DNA of 54,348 nucleotides from an uncultured Oligoflexus sp. (GTDB lineage: Bacteria; Bdellovibrionota_B; Oligoflexia; Oligoflexales; Oligoflexaceae): NCBI GenBank assembly GCA_964236955.1, contig CAXSGP010000020.1, positions 1-54,348 on the forward strand, given 5' to 3'. Shown piece by piece: positions 20,652 through 30,924 of this stretch (the first letter of the stretch is position 1; every line of letters starts with the position of its first letter). The notes under the pieces are model-generated. The model was not told the DNA's origin, searched no databases, and saw only the letters and a program-made list of their open reading frames with translations. Position numbers and translations under genes: made by a program.

Positions 20652-21521
20652 ATGATGATTCCACTCAGACTTGTGCTGTCACTCGGATTCCTCACCGCCC
20701 CTTTCAGCGCCTGCACGTCCAATCAGGAGCAATTTTCCAATGCGGTTGAAATCGAATCGACAGATGGCATAGGAAGAATTGTCGAGGCCCAAGCCCAAGA
20801 AGGGTTATCCGCGGCGCAAAAGGAGGCTCCTTCCCTCGAATGGTTCAGCTGCACCCGCAATGTGAAAGCTCCCTTTATCCTCATGCTGAACCCTCAGGGT
20901 TCGCCCTTTAAAACGGACGCCTGTAAGTCAGGATTGGTTCAAGCTCTTTTGCAGCAGGACTACAACGTCTTGGCGGTCAATCGCCCGGGAGCTGGACAAA
21001 GTGCGGGACGAGAGATTCTTGGCGATAATAACAGCCTGGAGGCTTTGAGCGGCCTGCTCAAGTCGCATCGAGAAATGGGCAAAGCCGTCGATGGGGTTTG
21101 GGGCTTTGAGGAAGCCAGCGTGCTGGCGTTTCGTTTGGCAAAAACCTCCGGCTTTAAGCTTCTCATTATCGGCAATGGAATCTACGATTGGGAGGTAACC
21201 TTGGCCGAAGGAAAAGACCCGACCTATGTCAGCGAATTGAGGAAGCTGCAGGCGGGCCAGGATGCAAAATTTGCTGAATATCGGTCAATTGCCTGGGATT
21301 TTTCCGGCTTACCCAAAACCGTTTACCTTTATCATATGCAAAATGATGCTCACTTTCCTGCCTCTCAGGCCGAAGCTTTTCGAGCCTCTCTAGCAGCCAA
21401 TCAGTACCAGGTTAAACTCATTGAGTTACGCGATGAGAAAGCTATTTTGACGCCAGCAATCCACCAGTCTGTGCTGATGCAGATCGCCCAAGCCCAAAAA
21501 CCACTGGCGCTTATTAAGTAG
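20652..21521 (+). CDS. Lipoprotein with alpha/beta-hydrolase-like fold, probably catalytically degenerate
   Basis: Lipobox FSA-C; YNVLAVNRPGAGQS; nucleophile elbow reads WGFEEA; GIYD; YLYH..ND..FP. Confidence 0.7.
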   Translation: MMIPLRLVLSLGFLTAPFSACTSNQEQFSNAVEIESTDGIGRIVEAQAQEGLSAAQKEAPSLEWFSCTRNVKAPFILMLNPQGSPFKTDACKSGLVQALLQQDYNVLAVNRPGAGQSAGREILGDNNSLEALSGLLKSHREMGKAVDGVWGFEEASVLAFRLAKTSGFKLLIIGNGIYDWEVTLAEGKDPTYVSELRKLQAGQDAKFAEYRSIAWDFSGLPKTVYLYHMQNDAHFPASQAEAFRASLAANQYQVKLIELRDEKAILTPAIHQSVLMQIAQAQKPLALIK

Positions 21522-21872
21522 GTTCAACACGATGGGGCCAAGAGGAGGCAATCGAAAAGAGTTCTGGCATCGCGGCTGCTCGGAAGGTCGGTCAGTCTTG
21601 AGATGAAGGAAAGACTTACGCTTTTGTCCTTCTGAGAATTACCAAGCACTTGGTGTCTTTAGGGCTTTTGGCCTTAGTCTGGGAATAAACTGCCGGATTG
21701 CATTTCGGCGATTTGGTGTACCATAGAAAGCAGCCGAGACTTTGTTTTTTGCGTTTTGGCTGGGCCTGTGAATTCATACTGCGGTCTGGAACGATATTCA
21801 GATATAAAGTTCTGGCGAAATAGCAGCCGAATAAGAAGTTGTTAAAAATATACAAGCATTAGGGGAGAAGAT

Positions 21873-23123
21873 ATGGCATTTGAGGTCCGCTTTCCAGTTG
21901 TAGGGGAATCCGTCCAAGAGGGGCAGGTCTACAAATGGCGAAAAAAGGCAGGGGATTTTGTAAAGCGTGATGATGTCCTCGTCGAAATTGAAACCGATAA
22001 AGCCACTGTCGAAATCGTCGCTGAATCCGAAGGCGTTTTGAGTATTCTTAAAAAGGAAGGCGAGACCGTCAGGATTGGCGAAGTCCTTGGTAGCCTTGAC
22101 TCCAGTGCCGCTGCCCCAGCGCCCGGTGTAGCTGCGGCTCCACAAGCCCAAGCCGCCCCAAGCGGTCCAGCGAGCCCCTCGGCGGCTGCCGGAACCACCG
22201 ATACTCGACCCAAGAGTCCGGCTGTCGCTCGCATGAGTGCGGAAAACAATATTGACACTGCCGGTATTCCTGGTACAGGCCGCGACGGACGTCTGACCAA
22301 AGGCGATCTCATTCAGCATCAGGAAGGAGGCACAAGCCCTAAGCCCTCAAGTCCTCCCATCGCCGCGCCGGCCCCGGCTGCCGCGCCCGCCGCCGCTAAA
22401 ATTCCGGCACCCGCCGCTGGCGAGCGAAGAGTGCGCCGGGAAAAGATGACCCGAATTCGTCAGCGCATTGCGGAACGACTGGTCGAAGCGCAGCACACCG
22501 CCGCCATGCTTACAACGTTTAACGAAGTGGACATGACCGAAGTCATGGAGCTTCGCAAAAAGTATAAAGAGCCGTTCGCCAAGAACCACGGCGTAAATTT
22601 GGGCTTTATGAGCTTTTTTGTCAAAGCCGCTGTTGAGGCGCTGAAGGCTTTCCCGGCCATTAATGGTTCGATCGAAGGGACTGACATTGTTTATCACGAT
22701 TACTGCGACATCGGAATTGCCGTGTCCACCGATCGTGGCTTGATGGTACCTGTCGTCAAAAATTGCGAAAATCTGAGCTTCGCTCAAATCGAGTCGGCTA
22801 TTGTTGAATACGGTAAAAAAGGTAAAGAAGGCAAGATCGCCTTAGACGACCTTTCGGGTGGGACGTTCACCATTTCCAATGGCGGGACCTTTGGCAGCCT
22901 CTTATCGACACCTATCCTGAATCCACCGCAGAGCGCTATTCTCGGTATGCACAAGATCCAAGACCGCCCGATGGCGATCAATGGTCAAGTGGTGATTCGG
23001 CCGATGATGTACCTTGCCATGTCCTACGATCACCGCATCGTCGATGGCAAGGAAGCAGTGGGTTTTCTTGTAAAAATCAAGGATGCCATCGAGGATCCGT
23101 CTCGTTTGCTCTTGGGAGTGTGA
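21873..23123 (+). CDS. sucB: 2-oxoglutarate dehydrogenase E2 (dihydrolipoyllysine succinyltransferase)
   Basis: Lipoyl motif [42 protein letters not shown]. Confidence 0.97.
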   Translation: MAFEVRFPVVGESVQEGQVYKWRKKAGDFVKRDDVLVEIETDKATVEIVAESEGVLSILKKEGETVRIGEVLGSLDSSAAAPAPGVAAAPQAQAAPSGPASPSAAAGTTDTRPKSPAVARMSAENNIDTAGIPGTGRDGRLTKGDLIQHQEGGTSPKPSSPPIAAPAPAAAPAAAKIPAPAAGERRVRREKMTRIRQRIAERLVEAQHTAAMLTTFNEVDMTEVMELRKKYKEPFAKNHGVNLGFMSFFVKAAVEALKAFPAINGSIEGTDIVYHDYCDIGIAVSTDRGLMVPVVKNCENLSFAQIESAIVEYGKKGKEGKIALDDLSGGTFTISNGGTFGSLLSTPILNPPQSAILGMHKIQDRPMAINGQVVIRPMMYLAMSYDHRIVDGKEAVGFLVKIKDAIEDPSRLLLGV

Positions 23124-23129
23124 AGACTT

Positions 23130-24533
23130 ATGGCCGAACATACATTTGATCTCGTAGTTGTTGGTGGTGGAGTTGCAGGTTATATTGCAGCTATTCGAGC
23201 CGCCCAGTTGGGTTTAAAGACAGCTATCGTCGAGAGTCGCGGCACGCTCGGCGGCACCTGTTTAAACGTTGGTTGCATTCCCAGCAAGGCGTTGCTGCAA
23301 TCGAGTGAGAACTTCCACGCCGCCGCCCACAAGTTCAAAGACCATGGAATCTTGATAGAAAAGCTGAGCTTTGACATCGGTCAGATGCTAAAGCGTAAAG
23401 CAGGAATCGTCACCAAGCTGACGAGCGGCGTCGAATTTCTTATGAAGAAAAATAAAATCACCTATTTCAAAGGCTTTGGTTCCTTTATCGATAAGGCGAC
23501 CTTCCATGTGAAACTGCTGGAAGGTGGCGAGGAAACCCTCAGGACCCAGCATACTATTATTGCAACCGGTTCCGAGCCGATCGAGCTGTCCATTGCGAAG
23601 TTCGATGAAAAGCAGGTGGTGAGTTCCACTGGAGCCCTTGATTTTGAAGCGGTTCCCAAGCACCTCGTCATCGTCGGGGGGGGTGTCATTGGTTTGGAAA
23701 TGGGCAGCGTCTGGGCCCGGCTCGGCGCCAAGGTCACCGTCATCGAGTTCGCTGACACGATACTGCCGATGATGGACCGCGACGTGATCCGCACCATGAA
23801 AAAAACCCTGGGCGCCGAAGGTCTCGAGTTTCATGAAAAAACCAAGTTCACCGAACTCAAAAAGAACGGTAACGAACTGACTGTGATCGCGGAAAAAGAC
23901 GGGCAAAAGCTGGAGATCAAATGCGATAAGCTTTTGATCGCGGTAGGGCGCCGCGCCTTTACGAAGAATCTTGGCCTCGAAAAAGTCGGATTGACCGCAG
24001 ATAAAGCCGGCAAAATCAAGGTTGACGGTCACTATCAAACCGAAGTGCCTGGCATCTATGCTATCGGCGACGTGATCGACGGTCCTATGCTGGCCCATAA
24101 AGCCGAAGAGGAAGGCGTGGCTTGCGCCGAGTTTATCGTCGGCAAAGCAGGGCATGTCAACTACCGGGCCATTCCAAATATCATTTACACCTGGCCTGAA
24201 GTTGCTGCCATCGGTATCAACGAGCAAGAGGCGGAAGCGCAAGGCATCGAAGTTAAGATCGGCAAATCGAGCTTTGGCCCCAATGCCCGCGCCATGTGCC
24301 ATGGGGAAACGGAGGGCTTTGTAAAGCTTATCGCTGATAAAAAGACCGACCTACTGCTGGGTGCTCATATCGTCGGTCCCAATGCATCCGAATTAATTGC
24401 TGAACTGGCAATGGCATTCGAATATTCGGCAAGTTCTGAGGATGTGGCGCGTACTGTCCACGGCCATCCTACGCTGACGGAAGTTATCAAAGAGGCTGCT
24501 TTGGCAGTCGATAAACGCTCTTTAAACGGTTAA
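23130..24533 (+). CDS. lpdA: Dihydrolipoyl dehydrogenase (E3)
   Basis: GGTCLNVGCIPSK, GGGVIGLE, MLAHKA and HPTLTE. Confidence 0.97.
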   Translation: MAEHTFDLVVVGGGVAGYIAAIRAAQLGLKTAIVESRGTLGGTCLNVGCIPSKALLQSSENFHAAAHKFKDHGILIEKLSFDIGQMLKRKAGIVTKLTSGVEFLMKKNKITYFKGFGSFIDKATFHVKLLEGGEETLRTQHTIIATGSEPIELSIAKFDEKQVVSSTGALDFEAVPKHLVIVGGGVIGLEMGSVWARLGAKVTVIEFADTILPMMDRDVIRTMKKTLGAEGLEFHEKTKFTELKKNGNELTVIAEKDGQKLEIKCDKLLIAVGRRAFTKNLGLEKVGLTADKAGKIKVDGHYQTEVPGIYAIGDVIDGPMLAHKAEEEGVACAEFIVGKAGHVNYRAIPNIIYTWPEVAAIGINEQEAEAQGIEVKIGKSSFGPNARAMCHGETEGFVKLIADKKTDLLLGAHIVGPNASELIAELAMAFEYSASSEDVARTVHGHPTLTEVIKEAALAVDKRSLNG

Positions 24534-24565
24534 TAGCGAGGCTATGGCCTCATGGAGATGGGTTT

Positions 24566-27355
24566 ATGAAAGCTGTGATCGACGGCGGAAAATTTTCTTT
24601 TGCTAGCGGAACGAATACCAATTTTCTCGAAGATCTTTTCTCAGAGTACAAAAAGGATCCCAACTCTATCGATCCTTCGATGAAGGCCTTTTTCGAAGGC
24701 TACGAGTTTGCCGCGGGCAATGCCCTTGGTGGCGCTGGTGGCGAAGGCGATGGCATCGAAGCCAAGGTTGAAGATTATATCAACCTCTTCCGTCGGCTCG
24801 GGCATCTTTCGGCAGACCTTAATCCCCTCAAGGAAAAACCGACCCTCGATGCCATGTTCTCGCCTGAGAACAGTGGCCTGGGCGGCGTCGATGATGCCCG
24901 TCAGGTTCATCCGGCCGGTCTCCCATCGAAAGGACCCATTCCTTTCGGTGAGGTGCGCAAGCTGGTGGCCGAGACTTACTGTTCGCATATTGGCGCGGAT
25001 TTCCGGGATACCACCGATAACGAGGCGGTTCAATGGCTGCAGACTCAAATGGAGACCTGCAAAAATAAGCCGAACATTGCCCCGGCCCTTAAAAAACATA
25101 TCATCAAAAAACTCGTTCAGGCCGAAGGTTTTGAAAAATTCCTGCAGGACCGCTACCTGGGTCAGAAGCGATTCTCGATCGAAGGCCTCGATACGATGGT
25201 CCTTCTGCTTGATATTCTTGCCGATGAATCAGTCAAGGCGAATGCCGAAGAAATTATTCTCGGCATGGCCCACCGCGGCCGTCTCAACTTCCTTGCCAAC
25301 TTTATGGGCAAATCCTATGAGCAGATGATCAAGGAATTCGAGGGCAGTGAAATCGAGACTTACGGCATCGATGGCGATGTGAAGTATCACAAGGGTTTTG
25401 CCAATACGATTGCCACCTTTTCAGGCGGCAAGATCCGAGCCTACCTCTCGCCTAATCCAAGCCATCTCGAAGTTGTGAATCCCGTGGTCGAGGGTTTTAC
25501 ACGCGCCCGTCAACGCATGCTGGGCGACAGCGTAGAACGCAAGCGCGTGGTGCCCTTGCTTATCCACGGCGATGCTGCTTTCATGGGTCAGGGCCTGGTT
25601 GCAGAAACTCTCAACCTATCCGAACTCGAGAGCTACCGTACCGGTGGAACAATTCATATCATCTCAAATAACCAGGTTGGCTTTACAACCGATCCGGAAG
25701 AGGCCCGCTCAAGCCGCTATGCCTCAAACATGGCCAAGATCATTCGTGCACCCGTCCTTCACGTCAATGCCGACGATCCGGAAGCTGTGATTTGGGTGGC
25801 TCAACTGGCGATCGCTTACCGTCAGAAATTTAAATGCGATTTTGTCATCGATCTGATCGGCTACCGCCGCCATGGTCATAACGAAACCGACGAGCCGAGC
25901 TTTACTCAGCCTCTGATGTATAAAAAAATCAAAGTGCATCCAACTGTTCTCACTCTGTACAGCGAAAAGTTAATCAAAGAGGCGGTGCTGACGGCCGATG
26001 ACGTGCAAAAGCAAATCAAGGAATTCCGTGATCTGCTGCAGAATTGTATGGAAAAAGTCCGGGCTGGTCTCGTCAACATCGCTTCGACCGTTCCCAAAGA
26101 ATTTGAAAGTGCAATGAAGCATGTGAAGTCAAGTCCTGAAGAACTCTTCAAGCCTTACAAAACGTCGATCGAGTTCGACGTGATCAAGAAAATCGTCGAG
26201 CGCACAACCTTTATTCCAAAAGGTTTTACGCCCAACAGCAAAATCGAAAGATTACTTAAGTCGCGCGTCGAGATGCTCAATGGCGAAGGCAGTATCGATT
26301 GGGGTCTGGGTGAATCCTTGGCTTACGCAAGCTTGGGTCTCGAGGGCAAACATGTGCGCCTGTCCGGACAAGACTGCCAGCGTGGAACCTTCTCGCACCG
26401 TCATGCGGTCATTCGTGACGCAGAGACGGGTGAAAAGCTTTATCTTCTCAATCAGATCGATCCCAAGCAAGCGACGGTCGAAGTCATCAATAGTCCTCTG
26501 TCTGAGCAGGGCGTCATGGGCTTTGAATTTGGCTATACGGTTGCCGACCGCGACTCGCTTGTCCTTTGGGAAGCTCAATTTGGTGACTTCGTGAATGGCG
26601 CGCAGATGATCATCGATCAATTCCTTGTCGCTTCCGAGGCGAAGTGGAAACAATCGTCAGGGCTGGTTCTCCTTTTGCCTCATGGCTATGAAGGTATGGG
26701 TCCCGAGCACTCCAGCGGTCGTCCGGAACGCTTCCTGCAGCTCTGTGGTGATGATAATATCCAGGTGGCAAACCTCACCCGACCGGCTCAGCTCTTTCAC
26801 ATGCTGCGGCGTCAGCTGGCAAGACCTTTCCGAAAGCCGCTGGTGATCATGACTCCCAAGAGTCTTTTGCGCCATCCGCTCTGTGTGTCGAAAACCGATG
26901 AGTTTACCAAAGGTGGCTTTCAGGAGGTTATCGATGACAAGTCGATCCAGTCCAAAGCCGATGTACGCCGCGTGGTCTTCTGCACCGGTAAAATCTTCTA
27001 TGAGCTTGATAAAGAGCGCCAGGAGTTGGGCACCAAGGAGCAGGTTGCCATCGTTCGTATCGAGCAGCTTTATCCTTTCCCCGAGAAGCAGCTCGAAGAG
27101 GTTTTAAAGGCCTATGGCCATGCGGAAGAAATTCTCTGGGTTCAAGAGGAGCCTGCTAACATGGGCACCTGGACCTTTATTCGGCATCGGCTGGAAGCCC
27201 TGGCGGTCGGTCGCAAGGTGAGTTATTGCGGACGTCGTGACGCGGGCACTACCGCCGAAGGCTATCTGAAGGTTCATGAAAAGGAACAGAAACGTATACT
27301 CCTTGAAGCTTTGACATTGCCAGAAAAAACACAAAAGCGCGCCAAGCAGTCCTAA
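24566..27355 (+). CDS. sucA: 2-oxoglutarate dehydrogenase E1
   Basis: KRFSIEG, GMAHRGRLN, HGDAAF.GQG, WEAQFGDF and PEHSSGRPER. Confidence 0.97.
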   Translation: MKAVIDGGKFSFASGTNTNFLEDLFSEYKKDPNSIDPSMKAFFEGYEFAAGNALGGAGGEGDGIEAKVEDYINLFRRLGHLSADLNPLKEKPTLDAMFSPENSGLGGVDDARQVHPAGLPSKGPIPFGEVRKLVAETYCSHIGADFRDTTDNEAVQWLQTQMETCKNKPNIAPALKKHIIKKLVQAEGFEKFLQDRYLGQKRFSIEGLDTMVLLLDILADESVKANAEEIILGMAHRGRLNFLANFMGKSYEQMIKEFEGSEIETYGIDGDVKYHKGFANTIATFSGGKIRAYLSPNPSHLEVVNPVVEGFTRARQRMLGDSVERKRVVPLLIHGDAAFMGQGLVAETLNLSELESYRTGGTIHIISNNQVGFTTDPEEARSSRYASNMAKIIRAPVLHVNADDPEAVIWVAQLAIAYRQKFKCDFVIDLIGYRRHGHNETDEPSFTQPLMYKKIKVHPTVLTLYSEKLIKEAVLTADDVQKQIKEFRDLLQNCMEKVRAGLVNIASTVPKEFESAMKHVKSSPEELFKPYKTSIEFDVIKKIVERTTFIPKGFTPNSKIERLLKSRVEMLNGEGSIDWGLGESLAYASLGLEGKHVRLSGQDCQRGTFSHRHAVIRDAETGEKLYLLNQIDPKQATVEVINSPLSEQGVMGFEFGYTVADRDSLVLWEAQFGDFVNGAQMIIDQFLVASEAKWKQSSGLVLLLPHGYEGMGPEHSSGRPERFLQLCGDDNIQVANLTRPAQLFHMLRRQLARPFRKPLVIMTPKSLLRHPLCVSKTDEFTKGGFQEVIDDKSIQSKADVRRVVFCTGKIFYELDKERQELGTKEQVAIVRIEQLYPFPEKQLEEVLKAYGHAEEILWVQEEPANMGTWTFIRHRLEALAVGRKVSYCGRRDAGTTAEGYLKVHEKEQKRILLEALTLPEKTQKRAKQS

Positions 27356-27370
27356 ATGTTGAGAACCTAA

Positions 27371-27400
27371 AGAAAAGCCCGGGGAAACCTGGGCTTTCTT
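27371..27400 (+). terminator. Terminator hairpin after sucA
   Basis: AGAAAAGCCCGGG-GAAA-CCTGGGCTTTCTT. Confidence 0.75.
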
Positions 27401-27431
27401 GCGTCGAGAGGACAATAAACCTAAGTATGTC

Positions 27432-27460
27432 TTGACTTGAAATTAAAAACTTATTAGCTT
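27432..27460 (+). promoter_or_regulatory. Putative sigma70 promoter for tRNA-Ser/ffs
   Basis: TTGACT-N17-TAGCTT in an AT-rich context. Confidence 0.45.
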
Positions 27461-27495
27461 CTCTCACACTTCATTAATTCGAATTTAGTGATTTG

Positions 27496-27585
27496 GGAGA
27501 GGTGGCAGAGTGGTTGATTGCGCACGCCTGGAACGCGTGTAGGTGGGAAACCGCCTCGAGGGTTCAAATCCCTCTCTCTCCGCCA
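27496..27585 (+). tRNA. tRNA-Ser(GGA)
   Basis: GGAGAGG/TCTCTCC acceptor stem; CACGC-CTGGAAC-GCGTG anticodon arm; long variable arm; GGTTCAAATCC; CCA end. Confidence 0.97.
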
Positions 27586-27639
27586 CTTTAAAGTTGAGCT
27601 TGGCGACGGACCCACCCTAGAGCTGACGCTGCCTGTATT

Positions 27640-27765
<126 letters not shown>

Positions 27766-27867
27766 TGCTTTCTATGGTGAGTGCTGTCTGGAAAAAAGAC
27801 CTTACACGAGGCACTATCCTTATCCCAATAGCGGGCTCGCTTCTGAGAATGCTGAGGAGGCACATCC

Positions 27868-30315
27868 TTGTCGTACTTATCCCTTGCTAGGAAATATAGA
27901 CCCAATACTTTTGCCGATTTAGTGGGGCAGGAATCGGTGGGACTCGCATTGGCTAATGCGATTCGCCTGAAACGGGAGCCTCGTGGCGTCATCTTTACGG
28001 GTGTTCGCGGCATCGGCAAAACCACAACGGCCCGCATCTACGCCAAAGCCCTCAATTGCGATAAGGGTCCGTGTCCTGAGCCCTGCAACGTTTGCGCAAG
28101 CTGTGTCGCGATCCAACGCGGCTCGCATGAGGATGTACTTGAGATCGATGGGGCTTCGAATACTGGAGTTGACGATGTCAGGGCGTTGCAAGAGACACTT
28201 GCCTACGTCCCGCAGCGTTCGGCCTTTAAGATCTATATCATCGACGAAGTTCATATGCTTTCGGTCAGTGCGTTCAACGCTCTGCTGAAAACATTGGAAG
28301 AGCCGCCTGAGCATATCGTTTTCGTCTTTGCGACGACTGAGCTTCATAAAGTTCCGGAAACAATTCAAAGTCGCTGTCAGATTTTTCACCTTCAGAAGAT
28401 TTCGACCCAACTTTCAGCCAGGCGCATGGCTACTATTCTGGATCAAGAAGCCATCCCCTATGAAGAACGGGCGATTCAATGGATCGCGCGGGAAGGCAAA
28501 GGATCGCTTCGTGACGCCTTGACCCTGCTTGATCAGGTTATCGCCATCGGCGATGGCAGCGTGCTATGGAGCGCGGTTGAGCCGCTGGTAATGTCAGGCC
28601 ATGCCGAACCCATCTATGATCTCTTAAAGATGTTATTACAAAAGAACAGTGGCGGTATCCTTTCAGTGATTGCCCGGTGGGACCAAGAGGGACTGTCGAT
28701 GGTGATCCTGGTCGAAGAGCTGATCAAAGCCTGTCGCAATGCCTTTGTTTTGAAGACGATACAGGGGCAATCGACAGAACTTGAACTTCTCGACCTTGAA
28801 GAGCGTGAGCAGCAAGCTCTGAAGGCGCTCGGTCAAGAGGCGCAAGTATTTGATCTCAATCGGCTGTTTCGAAGCTTTGTCAAATGCCTAGATGATTTGC
28901 GCAGCAGCGAACTCGATCGCTTTGTCGTCGAAAATTATGCTTTGGAATGGTGTCTCGATCCAGGTTTGCCGGATCTCACAGCGCTTTTTCAAAGCCAAAA
29001 TCAAAGCTCGGCGCCGCAGCCAGGCCCTCAGCCCCAAGGGGCGTCCGCTCAGGTGGCGATGGCGAAGGCCTCAAGTCCCCATCCTGGCTTAAGTGAAGCG
29101 CCGCCCTCTGCTCCTAAAGTTGAGGGTGCCAATCCCCCTGTCGACCTGAGAAATCGCTGGAAACAAACCAGCGGTCAGCTGTCGTCCCCTGCCTCTTCCC
29201 CTTTGCAATCGACGCCAAGTTCAGCTTCGATTGTGCCGAAAATTGAAGCGGCGCCTCTAGTCCTTCCAAAGGTCGAGAAGTCAGCTCCCGCCTTGATTAC
29301 GCCGAAGGCCGAGGCTAAGCCTTCCCATTCGACTATTCCCTCCTATGCCTCAGGTCCTTTGCGCAAAGATTCTCAGTCCATCAGTCATGGGGCGCCTGAG
29401 CCAGGAGCGTCCAGTGCGTCCGCAGCCATGACGAGGGCAGCTGCGCCTCAGGGTGTTGCAGCGCCTCTTGAGACCCTCGTCAAAGCTCCAGAAGAAGAAG
29501 AGCTGTCCACACTGCATGATAGTGGCTTTGAGTCTTTGATTCCGGCATCCCTGCCGCTATCCATACCGACGCCAGCCCCTTCCTCTTCCCCGATGCGCCC
29601 GAACGAGGCAAGCAAAGCGGCGCCCCAAGCAGGCGCGAAGTCTCTTGCGGCAGATGGTCCAGGCCATGAAAAGGCTCCCGAATTCGAGCCGGCTTCAGTG
29701 CCAGAGACTCTCGCCAGCCAAGGGGAAAAAGGGTCCGGCTTCGCCGCAAAGATGAGCCAAAAATCGATGGCAGCAATCGATGCTGCGGCTGCGCATACCA
29801 TCGCTCAAACTCAGGAACGACCCGCGTCCGCAAAGCCAGCGCCCGTGGCCCCGCCGTCAGCCGAGAAAGCAGCAGATAAAGCGCTAGCTGAATCTGTCTT
29901 ATGGCCCGCAAGCTGGAAGGATTTTGTCGACGAATGGAAAAAGCAAAAACCATTGCAGGCCCGTGTTCTCGAGGAAACCTATAGCCTTGAGTACAGCCCG
30001 GAACGTATCAGGCTTGCGGTCGAAGCCGAAAGCCTTGCCGGACAAAAACTTTTGCACTTTGATACCCGTAAAAAACTTTTGGTGCATTTCGAGCAACTCT
30101 TTGGTTTTAAAGGGCTATTGGACGTTGTTCCCAAGAGCGAATTGACGGCAGTCACCGATAATGAGCCTGAGTTTCGAGAAACTCTGCTCGAAACCAAACA
30201 AAAGGTAAAAGCGCGGGAAAGGGACGATCTCAAGTCGCTCCTTCAGGAACATCCTCTTACCCGTGAGGCGATTTTGGCTTTTGATGGTACAATCGAAGCC
30301 ATTGAGGTTCAATAA
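27868..30315 (+). CDS. dnaX: DNA polymerase III subunit gamma/tau
   Basis: LARKYRP, GVRGIGKTT, EIDGASN, IIDEVHML and SRC motifs; long low-complexity linker; GAGGAGG RBS before TTG. Confidence 0.96.
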   Translation: MSYLSLARKYRPNTFADLVGQESVGLALANAIRLKREPRGVIFTGVRGIGKTTTARIYAKALNCDKGPCPEPCNVCASCVAIQRGSHEDVLEIDGASNTGVDDVRALQETLAYVPQRSAFKIYIIDEVHMLSVSAFNALLKTLEEPPEHIVFVFATTELHKVPETIQSRCQIFHLQKISTQLSARRMATILDQEAIPYEERAIQWIAREGKGSLRDALTLLDQVIAIGDGSVLWSAVEPLVMSGHAEPIYDLLKMLLQKNSGGILSVIARWDQEGLSMVILVEELIKACRNAFVLKTIQGQSTELELLDLEEREQQALKALGQEAQVFDLNRLFRSFVKCLDDLRSSELDRFVVENYALEWCLDPGLPDLTALFQSQNQSSAPQPGPQPQGASAQVAMAKASSPHPGLSEAPPSAPKVEGANPPVDLRNRWKQTSGQLSSPASSPLQSTPSSASIVPKIEAAPLVLPKVEKSAPALITPKAEAKPSHSTIPSYASGPLRKDSQSISHGAPEPGASSASAAMTRAAAPQGVAAPLETLVKAPEEEELSTLHDSGFESLIPASLPLSIPTPAPSSSPMRPNEASKAAPQAGAKSLAADGPGHEKAPEFEPASVPETLASQGEKGSGFAAKMSQKSMAAIDAAAAHTIAQTQERPASAKPAPVAPPSAEKAADKALAESVLWPASWKDFVDEWKKQKPLQARVLEETYSLEYSPERIRLAVEAESLAGQKLLHFDTRKKLLVHFEQLFGFKGLLDVVPKSELTAVTDNEPEFRETLLETKQKVKARERDDLKSLLQEHPLTREAILAFDGTIEAIEVQ

Positions 30316-30334
30316 AGGGTAGGAGGCCTCGCCA

Positions 30335-30913
30335 ATGGCCTATGCGAATTTTGAGACGAGAGAAATTCACTGTAAAATTCTCTATGTCGGGGCCAGAGGC
30401 TCCGGTAAGACTGAAAACTTAAAATCGATTTTTCACAAGGCTCAAGTCAGGCTGACGAAGGAGCCTTTAACTTTCCAGGAAAAATTTAGTGCGCCCTTTG
30501 AATTCATGCCGCTATCGATAGGGCAACTCAAAGATTTTCACGTCAAACTCCATATTTATACTTTGCCCGAACATAATCTCTATCCCACCTTTAACATGGT
30601 GATCGCCCGTGGCATCGATGGCATTGTCTTCGTGGTGGATAGCAGTCTGAGCGCATTGCAGAACAATATCGATGCTTGGCTTAAACTCAAGGACCTTCTG
30701 ACTTTAGAAGGCTATAATCTAAGTTCCTTGCCACGCGTCCTTCAATACAATAAGCGGGACGAAAAAGATGCACTGAGCCTTGAATCCCTACGGAGCGAAT
30801 TTAATCCTCAGGGCCTGGCCGATGTGGAAGCCATCGCCACGCAGCATCTTGGAACTATGGAAACCGTGCAAAAAATATCCGGCCTGGTTCTCGATGAACT
30901 GGGTCGCAGCTGA
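30335..30913 (+). CDS. mglA: MglA-like small Ras-like GTPase with degenerate switch motifs
   Basis: REIHCKILYVG..GSGKT, GIDGIVFVVDS, VLQYNKRD; positioned next to dnaX. Confidence 0.85.
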   Translation: MAYANFETREIHCKILYVGARGSGKTENLKSIFHKAQVRLTKEPLTFQEKFSAPFEFMPLSIGQLKDFHVKLHIYTLPEHNLYPTFNMVIARGIDGIVFVVDSSLSALQNNIDAWLKLKDLLTLEGYNLSSLPRVLQYNKRDEKDALSLESLRSEFNPQGLADVEAIATQHLGTMETVQKISGLVLDELGRS

Positions 30914-30924
30914 ACGAGGACTCT

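Noticed and set aside
23388..24302. Long antisense ORFs (also 14848-15654, 13509-14144, 16147-16659, 49083-49583)
   Set aside because: Shadow ORFs opposite well-conserved genes, with no motifs.
29937..29943. G_AAA_AAG in dnaX as a -1 frameshift site
   Set aside because: It is not the canonical A_AAA_AAG, the SD-like GGAAGG is 16 nt away, and there is no convincing downstream hairpin. Lys-Lys codons explain it.
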